Shown in pieces: positions 9,279-18,444 of a DNA stretch of 32,000 nucleotides; the first letter of the stretch is position 1; each line of letters opens with the position of its first letter. The notes under the pieces are model-generated. The model was not told the origin of the DNA, ran no database searches, and saw only the letters and a list, made by a program, of their open reading frames with translations. The translations under genes were made by a program, and so were the position numbers. The stretch is taken from NCBI GenBank assembly GCA_964574815.1, contig CAZNPL010000003.1, positions 100,861 to 132,860 on the forward strand. The letters are read 5' to 3'. Origin of the DNA: an uncultured Phycisphaeraceae bacterium. Its GTDB lineage: Bacteria > Planctomycetota > Phycisphaerae > UBA1845.

Positions 9279-10088
9279 ATGGCAGACGTGCTCAAGAAAG
9301 TCCAACGCGGCCAGCCGCTGGTCATTCCGGCGAGCACGTTCAACGCCTTCGTGGATGCTGCGCAGGATTTCCAGCGGCGGAAGCTGAGCCAGCAGAGCAC
9401 GGGCCAGTCCACCTCGCGCGACGCCGACGTGGCGATCGTCAAGAATACCAGCGGCGCGGACCGGGCCCGGTTTGAGATTCTGGGGATCAGCGCGCCGGTC
9501 TTCACTCCCACCGACAATCTCGACGAGTTCCGCAATCGGGTGGCGCTTTCCGGCGTGGTGCCCACGGCAGCCAACCACTGGGGCAAGTTCGTCGTCCTGG
9601 CCGAGCCGATTCGCAACGGCCTGCTCGGTCTGGGATGGCTGTCGGGCGTCTGCCCCGTGAAGATCGACATGGCCAACGCCAACCACTGGCACGCAGACGT
9701 TGCCGACAACTCCGCGGCCAATCTCAAAAGCGCCGGAGGCGGTGCGGCGCAGATTCTGTGGAAGGAGAGCGGCACCGGCGTGAAGTGGGCGGTGGTACGG
9801 CTGGGCCGCTGGTCGCCCACGGTGTTCCCGGTGAATCTGACGCAGACCGGGGGTTCGCAGGGCACGACCACGACGGCCGCCAGCTGGACGTACAGCGTCA
9901 TCGACCCCGTCACCAGCCAGACGCTGGCGACTGCCGTAAACCCCACCGTCTCGCCGCACAAATGGAAGCGGCCGTCGGCGGGCTGGATGATCGCGGCCAC
10001 CTTCGGCTACGCCCATTTCAACGCCCAGGCCCAGCTCGTGCTGGGTTGGATCAACGAGATGGTCGAGCAGGAAGCGTGCGCGAGTTGA
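9279..10088 (+). CDS. Phage tail-associated protein, unknown family
   Basis: 269 aa, 3 nt from the previous stop, coding-quality sequence. Confidence 0.5.
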   Translation: MADVLKKVQRGQPLVIPASTFNAFVDAAQDFQRRKLSQQSTGQSTSRDADVAIVKNTSGADRARFEILGISAPVFTPTDNLDEFRNRVALSGVVPTAANHWGKFVVLAEPIRNGLLGLGWLSGVCPVKIDMANANHWHADVADNSAANLKSAGGGAAQILWKESGTGVKWAVVRLGRWSPTVFPVNLTQTGGSQGTTTTAASWTYSVIDPVTSQTLATAVNPTVSPHKWKRPSAGWMIAATFGYAHFNAQAQLVLGWINEMVEQEACAS

Positions 10089-10100
10089 TGGAGCGACATC

Positions 10101-10532
10101 ATGCCCACGGCGGGAAAGGCAAGACTCTTCAAGGTTGGGAAGCGAAGCCTTCGGACCACCGGCAAGGCGCAGCTCTTTACCACCAGCGGCCGATGCTCGG
10201 AATGTTGCACGCCGTACGTGCTGGCCTCGTTCACCACCAACAGCAGCAACCCGACGTGGAACCTGACTCCCTACCAGGGCCCGGGCAAGGCCACGCCGTG
10301 CGCATTCTGGCGGTTGATCGAAACGGGTTCGTGCTATCCCTACTCGTACCCGTGGTACGGAGCCGGCTGCGTGGACAGCACGGGCCGCCTCGTCGGCCTG
10401 CCGAGTTCGTTCACCAGTCAGTACTCGTACAACGGCTACATGCAGCTCCAGATCGGTTGCCGCTCCGCCTCCGGCACGCAGATCAACTGGCCGGGATCAT
10501 GTCAATCCACGTCAAGCGTGTATTCCTGCTGA
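10101..10532 (+). CDS. Cysteine-rich hypothetical phage protein
   Basis: 143 aa with 9 Cys (SGRCSECCTPYVLASF...GSCYPYSYPWYGAGC...IGCRS...SCQS...YSC), in the same plus-strand gene train. Confidence 0.5.
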   Translation: MPTAGKARLFKVGKRSLRTTGKAQLFTTSGRCSECCTPYVLASFTTNSSNPTWNLTPYQGPGKATPCAFWRLIETGSCYPYSYPWYGAGCVDSTGRLVGLPSSFTSQYSYNGYMQLQIGCRSASGTQINWPGSCQSTSSVYSC

Positions 10533-10548
10533 GGAGAGGTAGATAACA

Positions 10549-11745
10549 ATGTTCGACACGATCCACGAACCCGACGTGATGACGCACATGCCATTCCTGA
10601 CCCGCCTGCCTGCGCCCGGGGACGGGCAGGCAGGCGACGGTCAGGGCAAGCGGGTGTTGTTCTACTGCCGATCCGGCCCGGAGGACTTCGACGCGCCCAC
10701 GCAGTCACGGCGATGGAAGCTGTGGGTCGTGGTCGAGGCCGATCAACCCCGACGACTCGAAACCGGCCTCAGCAACGACCTTGCCGAGTGCGCGCCGACC
10801 GCCTGGCACGATGCCACCGGCTGGCACGTGACCTTCATCGCCGGCGGCGCTCCGGACAACCGGCTGTACCACCTCTACCGCATGGATGGCCCGGACCTCG
10901 ACCGGCTGAGCCAGCCCGTGGCCATCCAGGCCACCCGCGCAGGCTTCGTGCTCGGCGACCGTCTCGTGTACGCCGACCCAGAAAACCTGATCTACGTCCG
11001 CCAGCCGTCGGGCGATTTCGACATCGAACTACCAGGCGCGTTCATCTACCGCGTGTCCTACCGCGCCGACGCGGCCGACAAGCTCCTGATCAGCGGCCAA
11101 TGGCAAACCGAGAGCGATGTCTTCGCCATCGAGTACGACCTGATCACCGGCGAGCAGCACCTGCTCGAATCCGACGGCCTGCCGGCCTACAAGTGCACCA
11201 TCCTCGACGACCAGGTCCTCTACGCCCAACGCATCGGCGTCGGCGAACACTTCGAAAACCGTCGGATCACCGCCTCTACCGCGCTGTCCCGCCGCCCCGT
11301 CAACACCATCGTCCGCCGCCAACCCGGCCAGGTCCAACCGATCGTCACGCAACCGACTGGCGACTGCGGCTGCCGTGGCCTCTCGGCAGCGACCGGCGCT
11401 CCTGCCGCACCGACAAGCATGCCCGCGCCGGATTCGCCCGATCCCAGCAGCGCCTCTTCCGAAGCGAGCCCCGAGCCTGTCCCCGTCACCCGCGCATCCT
11501 GCGCGCAATGTATCGAAAAGCACCTCGGGGCCGCCTACGTCCTGCTCACCGAAACGCGAGAAGGCTACGCCCACCGCCTGCGCGCCATCGGCCACCTGCA
11601 CGAAGCCGAGGACGAATCGCAGGAATTCGGTAACCTCCACACCGCCATCCGCGCCGCCCGCAAGGCCTTCCAAACCGACGGCACGATGCCCGACTGGGAA
11701 GCCCTCGCCCAAGCCACAGAAGTGGCTCGTCAGTCCGTACATTGA
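10549..11745 (+). CDS. Hypothetical phage-module protein with C-terminal Cys-containing helical domain
   Basis: 398 aa. Beta-rich N-terminal part (GAFIYRVSYRADAADKLLISGQW...), Pro/Ser linker, then SCAQCIEKHLGAAYVLLTETREGYAHRLRAIGHLHEAEDE. Last plus-strand gene of the module. Confidence 0.5.
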   Translation: MFDTIHEPDVMTHMPFLTRLPAPGDGQAGDGQGKRVLFYCRSGPEDFDAPTQSRRWKLWVVVEADQPRRLETGLSNDLAECAPTAWHDATGWHVTFIAGGAPDNRLYHLYRMDGPDLDRLSQPVAIQATRAGFVLGDRLVYADPENLIYVRQPSGDFDIELPGAFIYRVSYRADAADKLLISGQWQTESDVFAIEYDLITGEQHLLESDGLPAYKCTILDDQVLYAQRIGVGEHFENRRITASTALSRRPVNTIVRRQPGQVQPIVTQPTGDCGCRGLSAATGAPAAPTSMPAPDSPDPSSASSEASPEPVPVTRASCAQCIEKHLGAAYVLLTETREGYAHRLRAIGHLHEAEDESQEFGNLHTAIRAARKAFQTDGTMPDWEALAQATEVARQSVH

Positions 11746-11758
11746 CTCCGCGGCGTCG

Positions 11759-12229
11759 TCACTTCGCGCTCCCGGTTTCCAGGAACGCAGCAACGACGTC
11801 GCGTATTCTGTCACGGATTTGTCGGAACACGGCAAGTCTCTGTTCGTCCGATCCTTCAGTCATCGCCGGATCGGTGAACGGCCAGTGGAGCAGCCGCCTG
11901 GCTCCGGGGAAAACTGGGCAGGACTCCTTGGCGCTCTCGCACACCGTGACCACCAGGTCGAACGGACGGTTGCCAACCTCATCGATTCCGTTGCTTTGAT
12001 GCGCCGAGATGTCGATGCTGATTTCGTTCATCACCTTTATGGCCATGGGGTGGACGTAACCGGCCGGCCTTGAACCGGCCGAAAGCACTTCCCAATCGCC
12101 GCCACCGAGGGCCCGCCACAGTCCCTCTGCCATCTGCGACCGACAAGAGTTCCCCGTACAGAGGATCAATGCGCGCTGTCTATCTGATTCGCTGCCCATT
12201 CGTGCGGCCCCAATACGACCACTTTGCAA
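11759..12229 (-). CDS. arsC: Arsenate reductase, low-molecular-weight phosphatase type
   Basis: P-loop LILCTGNSCRSQMAEG, then LSAGSRPAGYVHPMAIKVMNEISIDISAHQSNGI and DLVVTVCESAKESCPVFPG (redox Cys pair region). Alternative start at 12199. Confidence 0.92.
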   Translation of the reverse strand: MQSGRIGAARMGSESDRQRALILCTGNSCRSQMAEGLWRALGGGDWEVLSAGSRPAGYVHPMAIKVMNEISIDISAHQSNGIDEVGNRPFDLVVTVCESAKESCPVFPGARRLLHWPFTDPAMTEGSDEQRLAVFRQIRDRIRDVVAAFLETGSAK

Positions 12230-12248
12230 CTATGGTGCGACGCCCCGG

Positions 12249-12500
12249 TCACAAATGAGCAACGGCTGATTCCAGTGCCAGCCTGGCCATTCCCAACTTG
12301 AGGCAGTCCTCGAATTCCGGGCACCGAACGCAATCGTCCTACGCCTTCGCATCGAGACCGGTGCGCCGCGCTCCACGATACATTCCGCCCGCGGTGCGGA
12401 GCTCATACCAGAATACCTTTCCGCGCACCGGCTGGTCGATCGCATGGTCCAGGATTTCGGGCATCATTGCTCCGTAACAGGCTGAATGTTCCTTATCAGC
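12249..12500 (-). pseudogene. Small Cys-containing conserved-looking protein interrupted by an in-frame TAG
   Basis: Minus-strand ATG at 12500: MADKEHSACYGAMMPEILDHAIDQPVRGKVFWYELRTAGGMYRGARRTGLDAKA*DDCVRCPEFEDCLKLGMARLALESAVAHL*. The same frame remains protein-like after TAG (12339-12341) and ends at TGA (12249-12251). Confidence 0.6.
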
Positions 12501-12551
12501 CATGGGTTTCCCTTCACAAGATGCACTCATTCGGATGGCCCGCGCCAATCT

Positions 12552-13283
12552 TCATTGCGTCGCGCCCTGCGATATCGATTCTCTGCAAAACGCTCCGTTG
12601 CCTCCCGGAGTCACGACCCCCTCGTCTGACGGAATACGTCCCGCCTCGAGCTTCAGTGTTCGCTTCGCGCGGGCAGCCGCGCGGGGGTCATGGGTGACCA
12701 TCACGATCGTGCGGCCTTCGCGGTTCATGTCTCCGAGTAGATCGAGGATATGCCGACCCGTTTCCGGGTCGAGATTGCCCGTGGGCTCGTCGGCGAGGAT
12801 GATCTCCGGATCGTTGGCCAAAACTCGTGCAAGGGCCACGCGCTGCTGTTGACCGATGCTCAATTCCGATGGCTTGTGGTCAAGCCGGTCGCCGAGTCCG
12901 ACGCGCTCCAGAAGCTCCGCTGCACGTTCCTTCTGCTCCGCCGAATCCAAGCCTGCTAGGAACAGCGGGATCTGCACGTTCTCCAGCGCCGTCAGGTATG
13001 GCACCAAATTGAACGTCTGGAACACAAACCCGATCTTCTGCCGACGGAGACCAGCGCGCTGGTTCGGCGCCAGGTCATAGAGCGAGTGCCCATTGAGGAA
13101 AACCTTGCCTGCCGAAGGGGTGAGCATTCCGCCCAGAACCAGGAGCAGGGTGCTTTTCCCGCTGCCGCTGGGCCCGGTGACCGAGACGAAATCGCCGGTC
13201 TCGATCTCCAGCGATGCATTATCCAGGGCGGCGATGGTTCGCCCCCGGTGCGAGTAACTCTTGCTGACGGATTCAAGTCGCAT
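12552..13283 (-). CDS. ABC transporter ATP-binding protein (MacB/LolD-like)
   Basis: Walker A GPSGSGKST, signature LSIGQQQR, Walker B IILADEPTGNLD, H-loop VTHD. Confidence 0.92.
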   Translation of the reverse strand: MRLESVSKSYSHRGRTIAALDNASLEIETGDFVSVTGPSGSGKSTLLLVLGGMLTPSAGKVFLNGHSLYDLAPNQRAGLRRQKIGFVFQTFNLVPYLTALENVQIPLFLAGLDSAEQKERAAELLERVGLGDRLDHKPSELSIGQQQRVALARVLANDPEIILADEPTGNLDPETGRHILDLLGDMNREGRTIVMVTHDPRAAARAKRTLKLEAGRIPSDEGVVTPGGNGAFCRESISQGATQ

Positions 13284-13289
13284 CGTGCT

Positions 13290-14513
13290 TCAAACCTCCT
13301 GTAAGGTGGCACAAGGGTCCAGCCGCGCGGCCCGCCGCGCCGGGAAATAGCTTGCCGCCAGCGCAATCACCACCGAGATACCCAGCGCCCAGACGAAGAG
13401 AACTGGCATGGGCAACACGGGGACACCCGCCAAGCGCGGGCCGAGGCCAACCGCGAGCACCGTGCCCAACAGGTAGCCGCAAATACCGCCGGCGAGGCCC
13501 AGGAGAAGGGCTTTCAGAAGGAACATATTCAGGATCAAGGATGTTCCGGCTCCGAGGGCCATTAGCGTCCCGATCTCCCGCCGCCGCTCGAAAACATTCG
13601 CGTACATGTAGTTGGCGATGCTCGCCCCGCCCACCAGCACGATGATGCCGACGAAGACCAGCGACAACCGGGCCATCATGCGGTTGGTGGTCACCTGCGT
13701 ATCGACGACCTGCGTCACCGTAACGACCTTGGCCTCGGGCAACAGTTTGTTGACCTTCTGCACCAGCCCGCCGGCGATTGCCTTGCAGCAGCCGACAATT
13801 TCGATCGCATTGATCACCGGACCCTTGCCCGCTAGCTCCTGAACCGTGTGCAGGTGCGCGAAGATACGCGAATCATCAACCGTGCCGGTCTCGGGCAGGA
13901 CGGCTGTAATCTCGAACGTTCGGCCGAGCACATCCAGCGCGTCTCCCTCTTTCACGCCGACAATCGACGCGACATCGGCGCCGATGAGCACTTCTTTGTC
14001 ACTCAAATCATCGACGACTCGCTGCCGAACGAGCGTTTCTTTGGCTTCGGGGTGCGTCGCGCCCGGAAGATCGGGTATGGTCCCGCAGCCTTCCGCCGGG
14101 TGGGCAAAAATACCCGCACCGGCCCACATGGCCTTGGCCTGGAACTCGCTCTTGGGGAGGATGCCGGTTAGCGTGAACGAGCGATCGCGCAGCATCACGG
14201 GCACCGACAGCTTGGGCGAGAGGTTGTCCAGCCCCTCCAGGTCGGACATCGCCAGGCGCAGAACGTATTCCTCGGGGAATTCGTCGCTTTGCATGTCGGC
14301 GCTGTAATAGTCCTGAATCGTGACCGACTTGGGAAGGACCAGCACATTGGCGCCGAGTCCGTCTAGCTGCCGGGCAACCGCCTTCTCGGAATAAAACGTA
14401 ATGTTCTTGATGGATACGACAACGGTGATGCCGAGCAGTATGGCCAGAAAGCTTGTAGCCAATTGGTTCTTGCGCTCGAACATCTCCCGCCATACGAGTT
14501 TTCGCAGGTGCAT
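13290..14513 (-). CDS. FtsX/MacB-type ABC transporter permease
   Basis: N-terminal TM (LATSFLAILLGITVVVSI), large extracytoplasmic domain, C-terminal three TMs with MMARLSLVFVGIIVLVGGASIANYMYANVFERRREIGTLMALGA. 6 nt from the ATPase gene. Confidence 0.9.
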   Translation of the reverse strand: MHLRKLVWREMFERKNQLATSFLAILLGITVVVSIKNITFYSEKAVARQLDGLGANVLVLPKSVTIQDYYSADMQSDEFPEEYVLRLAMSDLEGLDNLSPKLSVPVMLRDRSFTLTGILPKSEFQAKAMWAGAGIFAHPAEGCGTIPDLPGATHPEAKETLVRQRVVDDLSDKEVLIGADVASIVGVKEGDALDVLGRTFEITAVLPETGTVDDSRIFAHLHTVQELAGKGPVINAIEIVGCCKAIAGGLVQKVNKLLPEAKVVTVTQVVDTQVTTNRMMARLSLVFVGIIVLVGGASIANYMYANVFERRREIGTLMALGAGTSLILNMFLLKALLLGLAGGICGYLLGTVLAVGLGPRLAGVPVLPMPVLFVWALGISVVIALAASYFPARRAARLDPCATLQEV

Positions 14514-14529
14514 ACGGGTCCCTTTCAGT

Positions 14530-15435
14530 TTACGGCTTCTTTACCGCGACGCCTGATGGGGTCTGAGGTTGCGAATTCGCCGGCTTGTTGCCCCCGCACG
14601 TGCTCGTGCCGCCGCCGCAGCAGCCGCCGCCCTTGGGTGGCGTTGCCGCCGCCACGATTGTGTTCTTGTCGGTCGCTCCTACGAACGTGCCCATGACCTT
14701 TCCAGGCGGCGCCAGCAAAACCGTGACCGCCTCCGGGTGGCTCTCACCGAGCCCAAACATCGTCAGGAAATCCACCTCATTCGCATCACTCGGATCAACC
14801 GTGACGACTTCGACGGATCGGGCGTACCGCGGATCCGCCACAAACTCACGTACCCCCTGCAACGCCTGGTCATTGAACTCAGTTTCTGCGTTTTGAACAC
14901 ATAATAGGACATACTTGCGATCCTGAAGCGCTTTCAGGCTCTTTTCGGCGCCCGGGCTGACGAACGCGGCGCGGAGTTGCTGCTCATCGAAGTTCGTGGT
15001 GAAACTCCGAGTGACGGCGCCGCTGGGTCCCATGGCAAGCACAAGCGGCATCGGCGCACGAGACAATCCGTATTTCGCCACCAGCGTCCGCTCCCGGACG
15101 TCCGTGACGTTCACGTCTGCGGAGTCCGCTCGATCTTCTAGGGCTTTCATCCCTGCGTCGAACGCCATGTGTGCAGCCCGTGTGGGCTCGTCATCGGCTC
15201 GATAGAAGAACAGGAAAGTGTACTTGCCGGCCATTGCCGCCCGGTCCATGATTGAGGCGGCGGATTCACTCATGCTATCGCCCGCGTTGCCCGCACCCGG
15301 AATGACGCTGTTCTCGACGGGCGCACCGTCGTTGATTGCGCTGGCGGGTGAATCACTCTGACCCAACGCAATGTTCCCGGAGAAAAGCACCGAAACCATT
15401 GCTACCATCGCTTCTGGGACCCACTTACGAGTCAT
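14530..15435 (-). CDS. Exported thioredoxin-fold-like protein with C-terminal CCGGG/CGG tail
   Basis: Likely start at 15435 (MTRKWVPEAMVAMVSVLFSGNIALGQ, signal peptide-like). Two Trx-like segments (KYTFLFFYRADDEPTRAAH...VNVTDVRERTLVAKYGLSRAPMPLVLAMGPSGAV; KYVLLCVQN...) without a CxxC active site. Ends PPKGGGCCGGGTSTCGGNKP. Confidence 0.65.
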   Translation of the reverse strand: MTRKWVPEAMVAMVSVLFSGNIALGQSDSPASAINDGAPVENSVIPGAGNAGDSMSESAASIMDRAAMAGKYTFLFFYRADDEPTRAAHMAFDAGMKALEDRADSADVNVTDVRERTLVAKYGLSRAPMPLVLAMGPSGAVTRSFTTNFDEQQLRAAFVSPGAEKSLKALQDRKYVLLCVQNAETEFNDQALQGVREFVADPRYARSVEVVTVDPSDANEVDFLTMFGLGESHPEAVTVLLAPPGKVMGTFVGATDKNTIVAAATPPKGGGCCGGGTSTCGGNKPANSQPQTPSGVAVKKP

Positions 15436-15549
15436 CACTGGTTCTCCATGCCACGTACATTCCGCGTTCTTCCTCCAGTCGCTGCGCACCCGTCGTGGCG
15501 TAAGCCGCGCCGACCGGAACATCTTCTCGAATACCGCGCCCCGCGCGGA

Positions 15550-16053
15550 TCACATCCGTTTGTCGTGTGCTGGTTGCCCCTCAATTTCGCGGCGTGTTTT
15601 CCCTTGCGAAGTCGCCCGCGCGAAACCGCGCCCCTTCCCGGTCCGCGTCGCCGTTCCGTTTCGCCCCGCCTTGGCAGCCGGTGACTTTCGATGCCCATTG
15701 CCCGAAACACACTCGCCGCAGCGCCGGTTGCGCCCTTGGAGCGTTTGAAGAGCTTTCAGATCCGCAGCCGTCTGCGGAAAATCCGCCACCGTTTCCGCCA
15801 GCCATTCCACAACGCGCCGGTGCGTGGGCCCGTTCGGCTTCGCCAGGGAGTAGTACATCCACACGCCGTTGCGGCGGTCTTCGACGAGTCCGACGTTTCG
15901 CAAGTGCGCCAGGTGCCGCGAGGCTTTGGACTGCCCGATGTCGAGCACCGTGGTGAGATCGCACACGCACAACTCCCCCCGCGCAAGCAGGTTCAAGATG
16001 CGGAGGCGGGTCTCGTCAGCCAGCGAGCCAAAGAGTCGGGCAATGTTCTGCAT
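15550..16053 (-). CDS. arsR: ArsR/SmtB-family transcriptional repressor with basic C-terminal extension
   Basis: LFGSLADETRLRILNLLARGELCVCDLTTVLDIGQSKASRHLAHLRNVGLVEDRRNGVWMYYSL, with the ELCVCDL arsenic-sensor type motif. Confidence 0.9.
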   Translation of the reverse strand: MQNIARLFGSLADETRLRILNLLARGELCVCDLTTVLDIGQSKASRHLAHLRNVGLVEDRRNGVWMYYSLAKPNGPTHRRVVEWLAETVADFPQTAADLKALQTLQGRNRRCGECVSGNGHRKSPAAKAGRNGTATRTGKGRGFARATSQGKTRREIEGQPAHDKRM

Positions 16054-16070
16054 GAATAAACTCCGGTACC

Positions 16071-16094
16071 GTTTATGCGTATATACGCATTAAC
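16071..16094. promoter_or_regulatory. Near-perfect 24-bp palindrome, candidate ArsR operator
   Basis: GTTtATGCGTATATACGCATtAAC: perfect 16-bp core ATGCGTATATACGCAT (16075-16090), one mismatched pair in 24 bp, 17 nt upstream of the arsR ATG (16053). Confidence 0.65.
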
Positions 16095-16325
16095 AAATAT
16101 AATAGCGGCACAACCCTGCCCCTGTCAACCCTGATTTCAGCACTCAGCGTAACGCTGCGGTAACGCCTCTCGCGGCCCCCATGCTGGGCGAAACGCCCCG
16201 GCGTACCGCCCTAATTAACCGTCGTAGCCCGCCGGTATTCTCGGATGGGTGTTGCCACGTCCCTCTCAGACACCTCTTCAAACCATCCGCAGTTTCGTTT
16301 GCAAAACGGCCACGCGGGCTGGGCA

Positions 16326-17198
16326 TCACGAACATTTCGGCGGGACCAGCAAAGTGGGCACGATCGTGCGGCGGGCGACATGGAGAGCGACGCTGCCCAT
16401 GAACAACTCGCCAAAATAGCCGCGGCCTTGGGTGCCCATGACAATCAGCGAGTAATCGCCCTGCTCGGCGCGTTGGACGATCTGCTGCTTCGGCAGGCCG
16501 TACGGCAGCTCAATGCTCACCGCCGCTGCGCCCAGTTTCTTCAGACGATCCTCCATGCGTTCCAGCCGTTCGCGGTCGATACGGTTGAACCCATCGAGTT
16601 TGTCCTTGAGGTCGCCGTAGATGCGGCTCTTGTCCTGAACATGCAGGAGCGTTACGCGCCGACCGCCGCTGCGAACGATATCTTCGACGTAGAGGAATGC
16701 GTGTTCGGCGGTATCGGAAAAGTCGGTAGGAAACAACATGTGATCGTGGAAGTCGGTGCAGATCATTTCGCAGCGGTGCTCGGCCTCTTCGGCGATCCGA
16801 AGTTGCGCGATAAACACAGGCACCTCTGCATGATGGGCCACTTCCTGGGCCACGCTGCCCAGCAGCACCTCGCGGGCCAATGTCGCGCCGTGCGAACCGA
16901 TGACAATCATGGAGGCCTGTTTCTCTTTGGCCACTCGCTGAATCTCCCAGGACGGAATGCCCGGGGCGATGACGATTTCGACGGAGAATCCTTGATTCTC
17001 GAGCGTCTGTTTCTGTTGGCAGAGCTTGGGTTCGACCGACGGCGCGAGTAGGTGCTTCATCTCTTCAAGGTGGCGGATACCCAAGGCATGGGTGAGGATG
17101 ACCCGCTCTGTTCCCATCGGTTTCAGACCGTGCAGACAACTGATGATTCGATCGGACGCGGGGGACAGGTCGGAGGCGACGATGGCGGTTTTGAACAT
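16326..17198 (-). CDS. Tandem universal stress protein (two Usp domains)
   Basis: 290 aa. Repeats of ASMIVIGSHGATLAREVLLGSVAQEVAHHAEVPVF and YSLIVMGTQGRGYFGELFMGSVALHVARRTIVPTLLV. Confidence 0.88.
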   Translation of the reverse strand: MFKTAIVASDLSPASDRIISCLHGLKPMGTERVILTHALGIRHLEEMKHLLAPSVEPKLCQQKQTLENQGFSVEIVIAPGIPSWEIQRVAKEKQASMIVIGSHGATLAREVLLGSVAQEVAHHAEVPVFIAQLRIAEEAEHRCEMICTDFHDHMLFPTDFSDTAEHAFLYVEDIVRSGGRRVTLLHVQDKSRIYGDLKDKLDGFNRIDRERLERMEDRLKKLGAAAVSIELPYGLPKQQIVQRAEQGDYSLIVMGTQGRGYFGELFMGSVALHVARRTIVPTLLVPPKCS

Positions 17199-17223
17199 GG
17201 CGATTCTCCTTGTCTAAGCGGCA

Positions 17224-18420
17224 TTAGCGACGGTGCTCGGCGCCCGAAACCAGTTGCCGCGTGGTATCGCAGGATTCCTGTTCAGCGACGGCGACAGCGA
17301 CGACTGTGGCGGATACATCGCCGTCTGGATGGACTTTGCCTCCATAAAACTTGCGGAGGAAGAACAAACTTACATGCACCAGGCCGATCAGGACCGGCAC
17401 CTCGACCAGCGGGCCGACGACGGTGGCGAAGGCGACCGGAGAGCCGATACCGAAAACCGCGATCGCGACGGCAATCGCCAGTTCGAAGTTGTTGCCCGAT
17501 GCGGTGAACGCCAGCGTCGCGGCGCGGGCATAATCCACGCCGATCTTCCAGGCCATGAAGAAGCTGACCAGGAACATGATGGCGAAATAAGCACTCAACG
17601 GGATTGCGATCCAAAGCACGTCCAGCGGTTGCGCGATGATCCGCTCGCCCTGCGTGGAGAACATCACGACGATCGTGAACAGCAGCGCCGAGAGCGTGAT
17701 CGGGGAAATCTTCGGCACAAATACGCGGTCGTACCAGTCACTGCCCTTGAGCGGCACGAGAATCACGCGGCTGAGAATCCCCGCGGCGAAGGGGATGCCC
17801 AGGTAGATCATCACGCTGACGAAAATCTCGCCGATACTCACCTCGACCACGGATCCCGTTAACCCGAATAGCGGGGGCAACACGGTCACGAAGATCCATG
17901 CATAGAAGCCAAACGTGACGATCTGGAAAATGCTGTTGAGCGCCACCAGCCCGGCGGCGTATTCGCTGCTGCCCCGGGCAAGCTGATTCCACACCAGCAC
18001 CATCGCGATGCAACGAGCGATGCCGACCATAATCAGGCCGGTCATGTACAAACCCCAGCGTTCGTCCGGGCCGAACAACGCCGGGGCGATAAACCCGAAG
18101 AAGACGATCGCCAGCACGAACATTAGCACCGGCCCGACGATCCAATTCTGCATCAGCGACAGGCCCACCACCTTCACGTCCGCGAAGACCTTGGGCATCA
18201 GCTCGTACTTCACCTTCGCCAGCGGCGGGTACATCATCAGGATCAGCCCGACGGCGATGAGCAGGTTCGTATGCTCACCCACGGTCAGCGCGTGGTTGAA
18301 GCGTTCAACGCCCGACTGGAAGAAATAGCCGATCGCCACGCCAACAGCCATGGCCGCGAAGATCCAGACCGTCAGGTAGCGGTCGAGCAGGGACAGTTTC
18401 CTGGTGATTCCTGGTTCCAT
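17224..18420 (-). CDS. acr3: ACR3-family arsenite efflux permease
   Basis: [103 protein letters not shown]. Confidence 0.95.
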   Translation of the reverse strand: MEPGITRKLSLLDRYLTVWIFAAMAVGVAIGYFFQSGVERFNHALTVGEHTNLLIAVGLILMMYPPLAKVKYELMPKVFADVKVVGLSLMQNWIVGPVLMFVLAIVFFGFIAPALFGPDERWGLYMTGLIMVGIARCIAMVLVWNQLARGSSEYAAGLVALNSIFQIVTFGFYAWIFVTVLPPLFGLTGSVVEVSIGEIFVSVMIYLGIPFAAGILSRVILVPLKGSDWYDRVFVPKISPITLSALLFTIVVMFSTQGERIIAQPLDVLWIAIPLSAYFAIMFLVSFFMAWKIGVDYARAATLAFTASGNNFELAIAVAIAVFGIGSPVAFATVVGPLVEVPVLIGLVHVSLFFLRKFYGGKVHPDGDVSATVVAVAVAEQESCDTTRQLVSGAEHRR

Positions 18421-18444
18421 ATTTTGAGCATCCTTTCAGTCGAT

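Noticed and set aside
7926-10016. 696-aa minus-strand ORF (and the 467-aa one at 6670-8073)
   Set aside because: Antisense to the tape measure and following tail genes. Low-complexity R/H/G/D content, no domain motifs. Frame shadow of GC-rich codons.
11745-11760. Attachment site at the phage/ars boundary
   Set aside because: No direct repeat, tRNA end or integrase was seen in the window. The boundary is noted but no att site is claimed.
16245-17051. 268-aa plus-strand ORF
   Set aside because: Antisense to the tandem USP gene, whose motifs are unambiguous.
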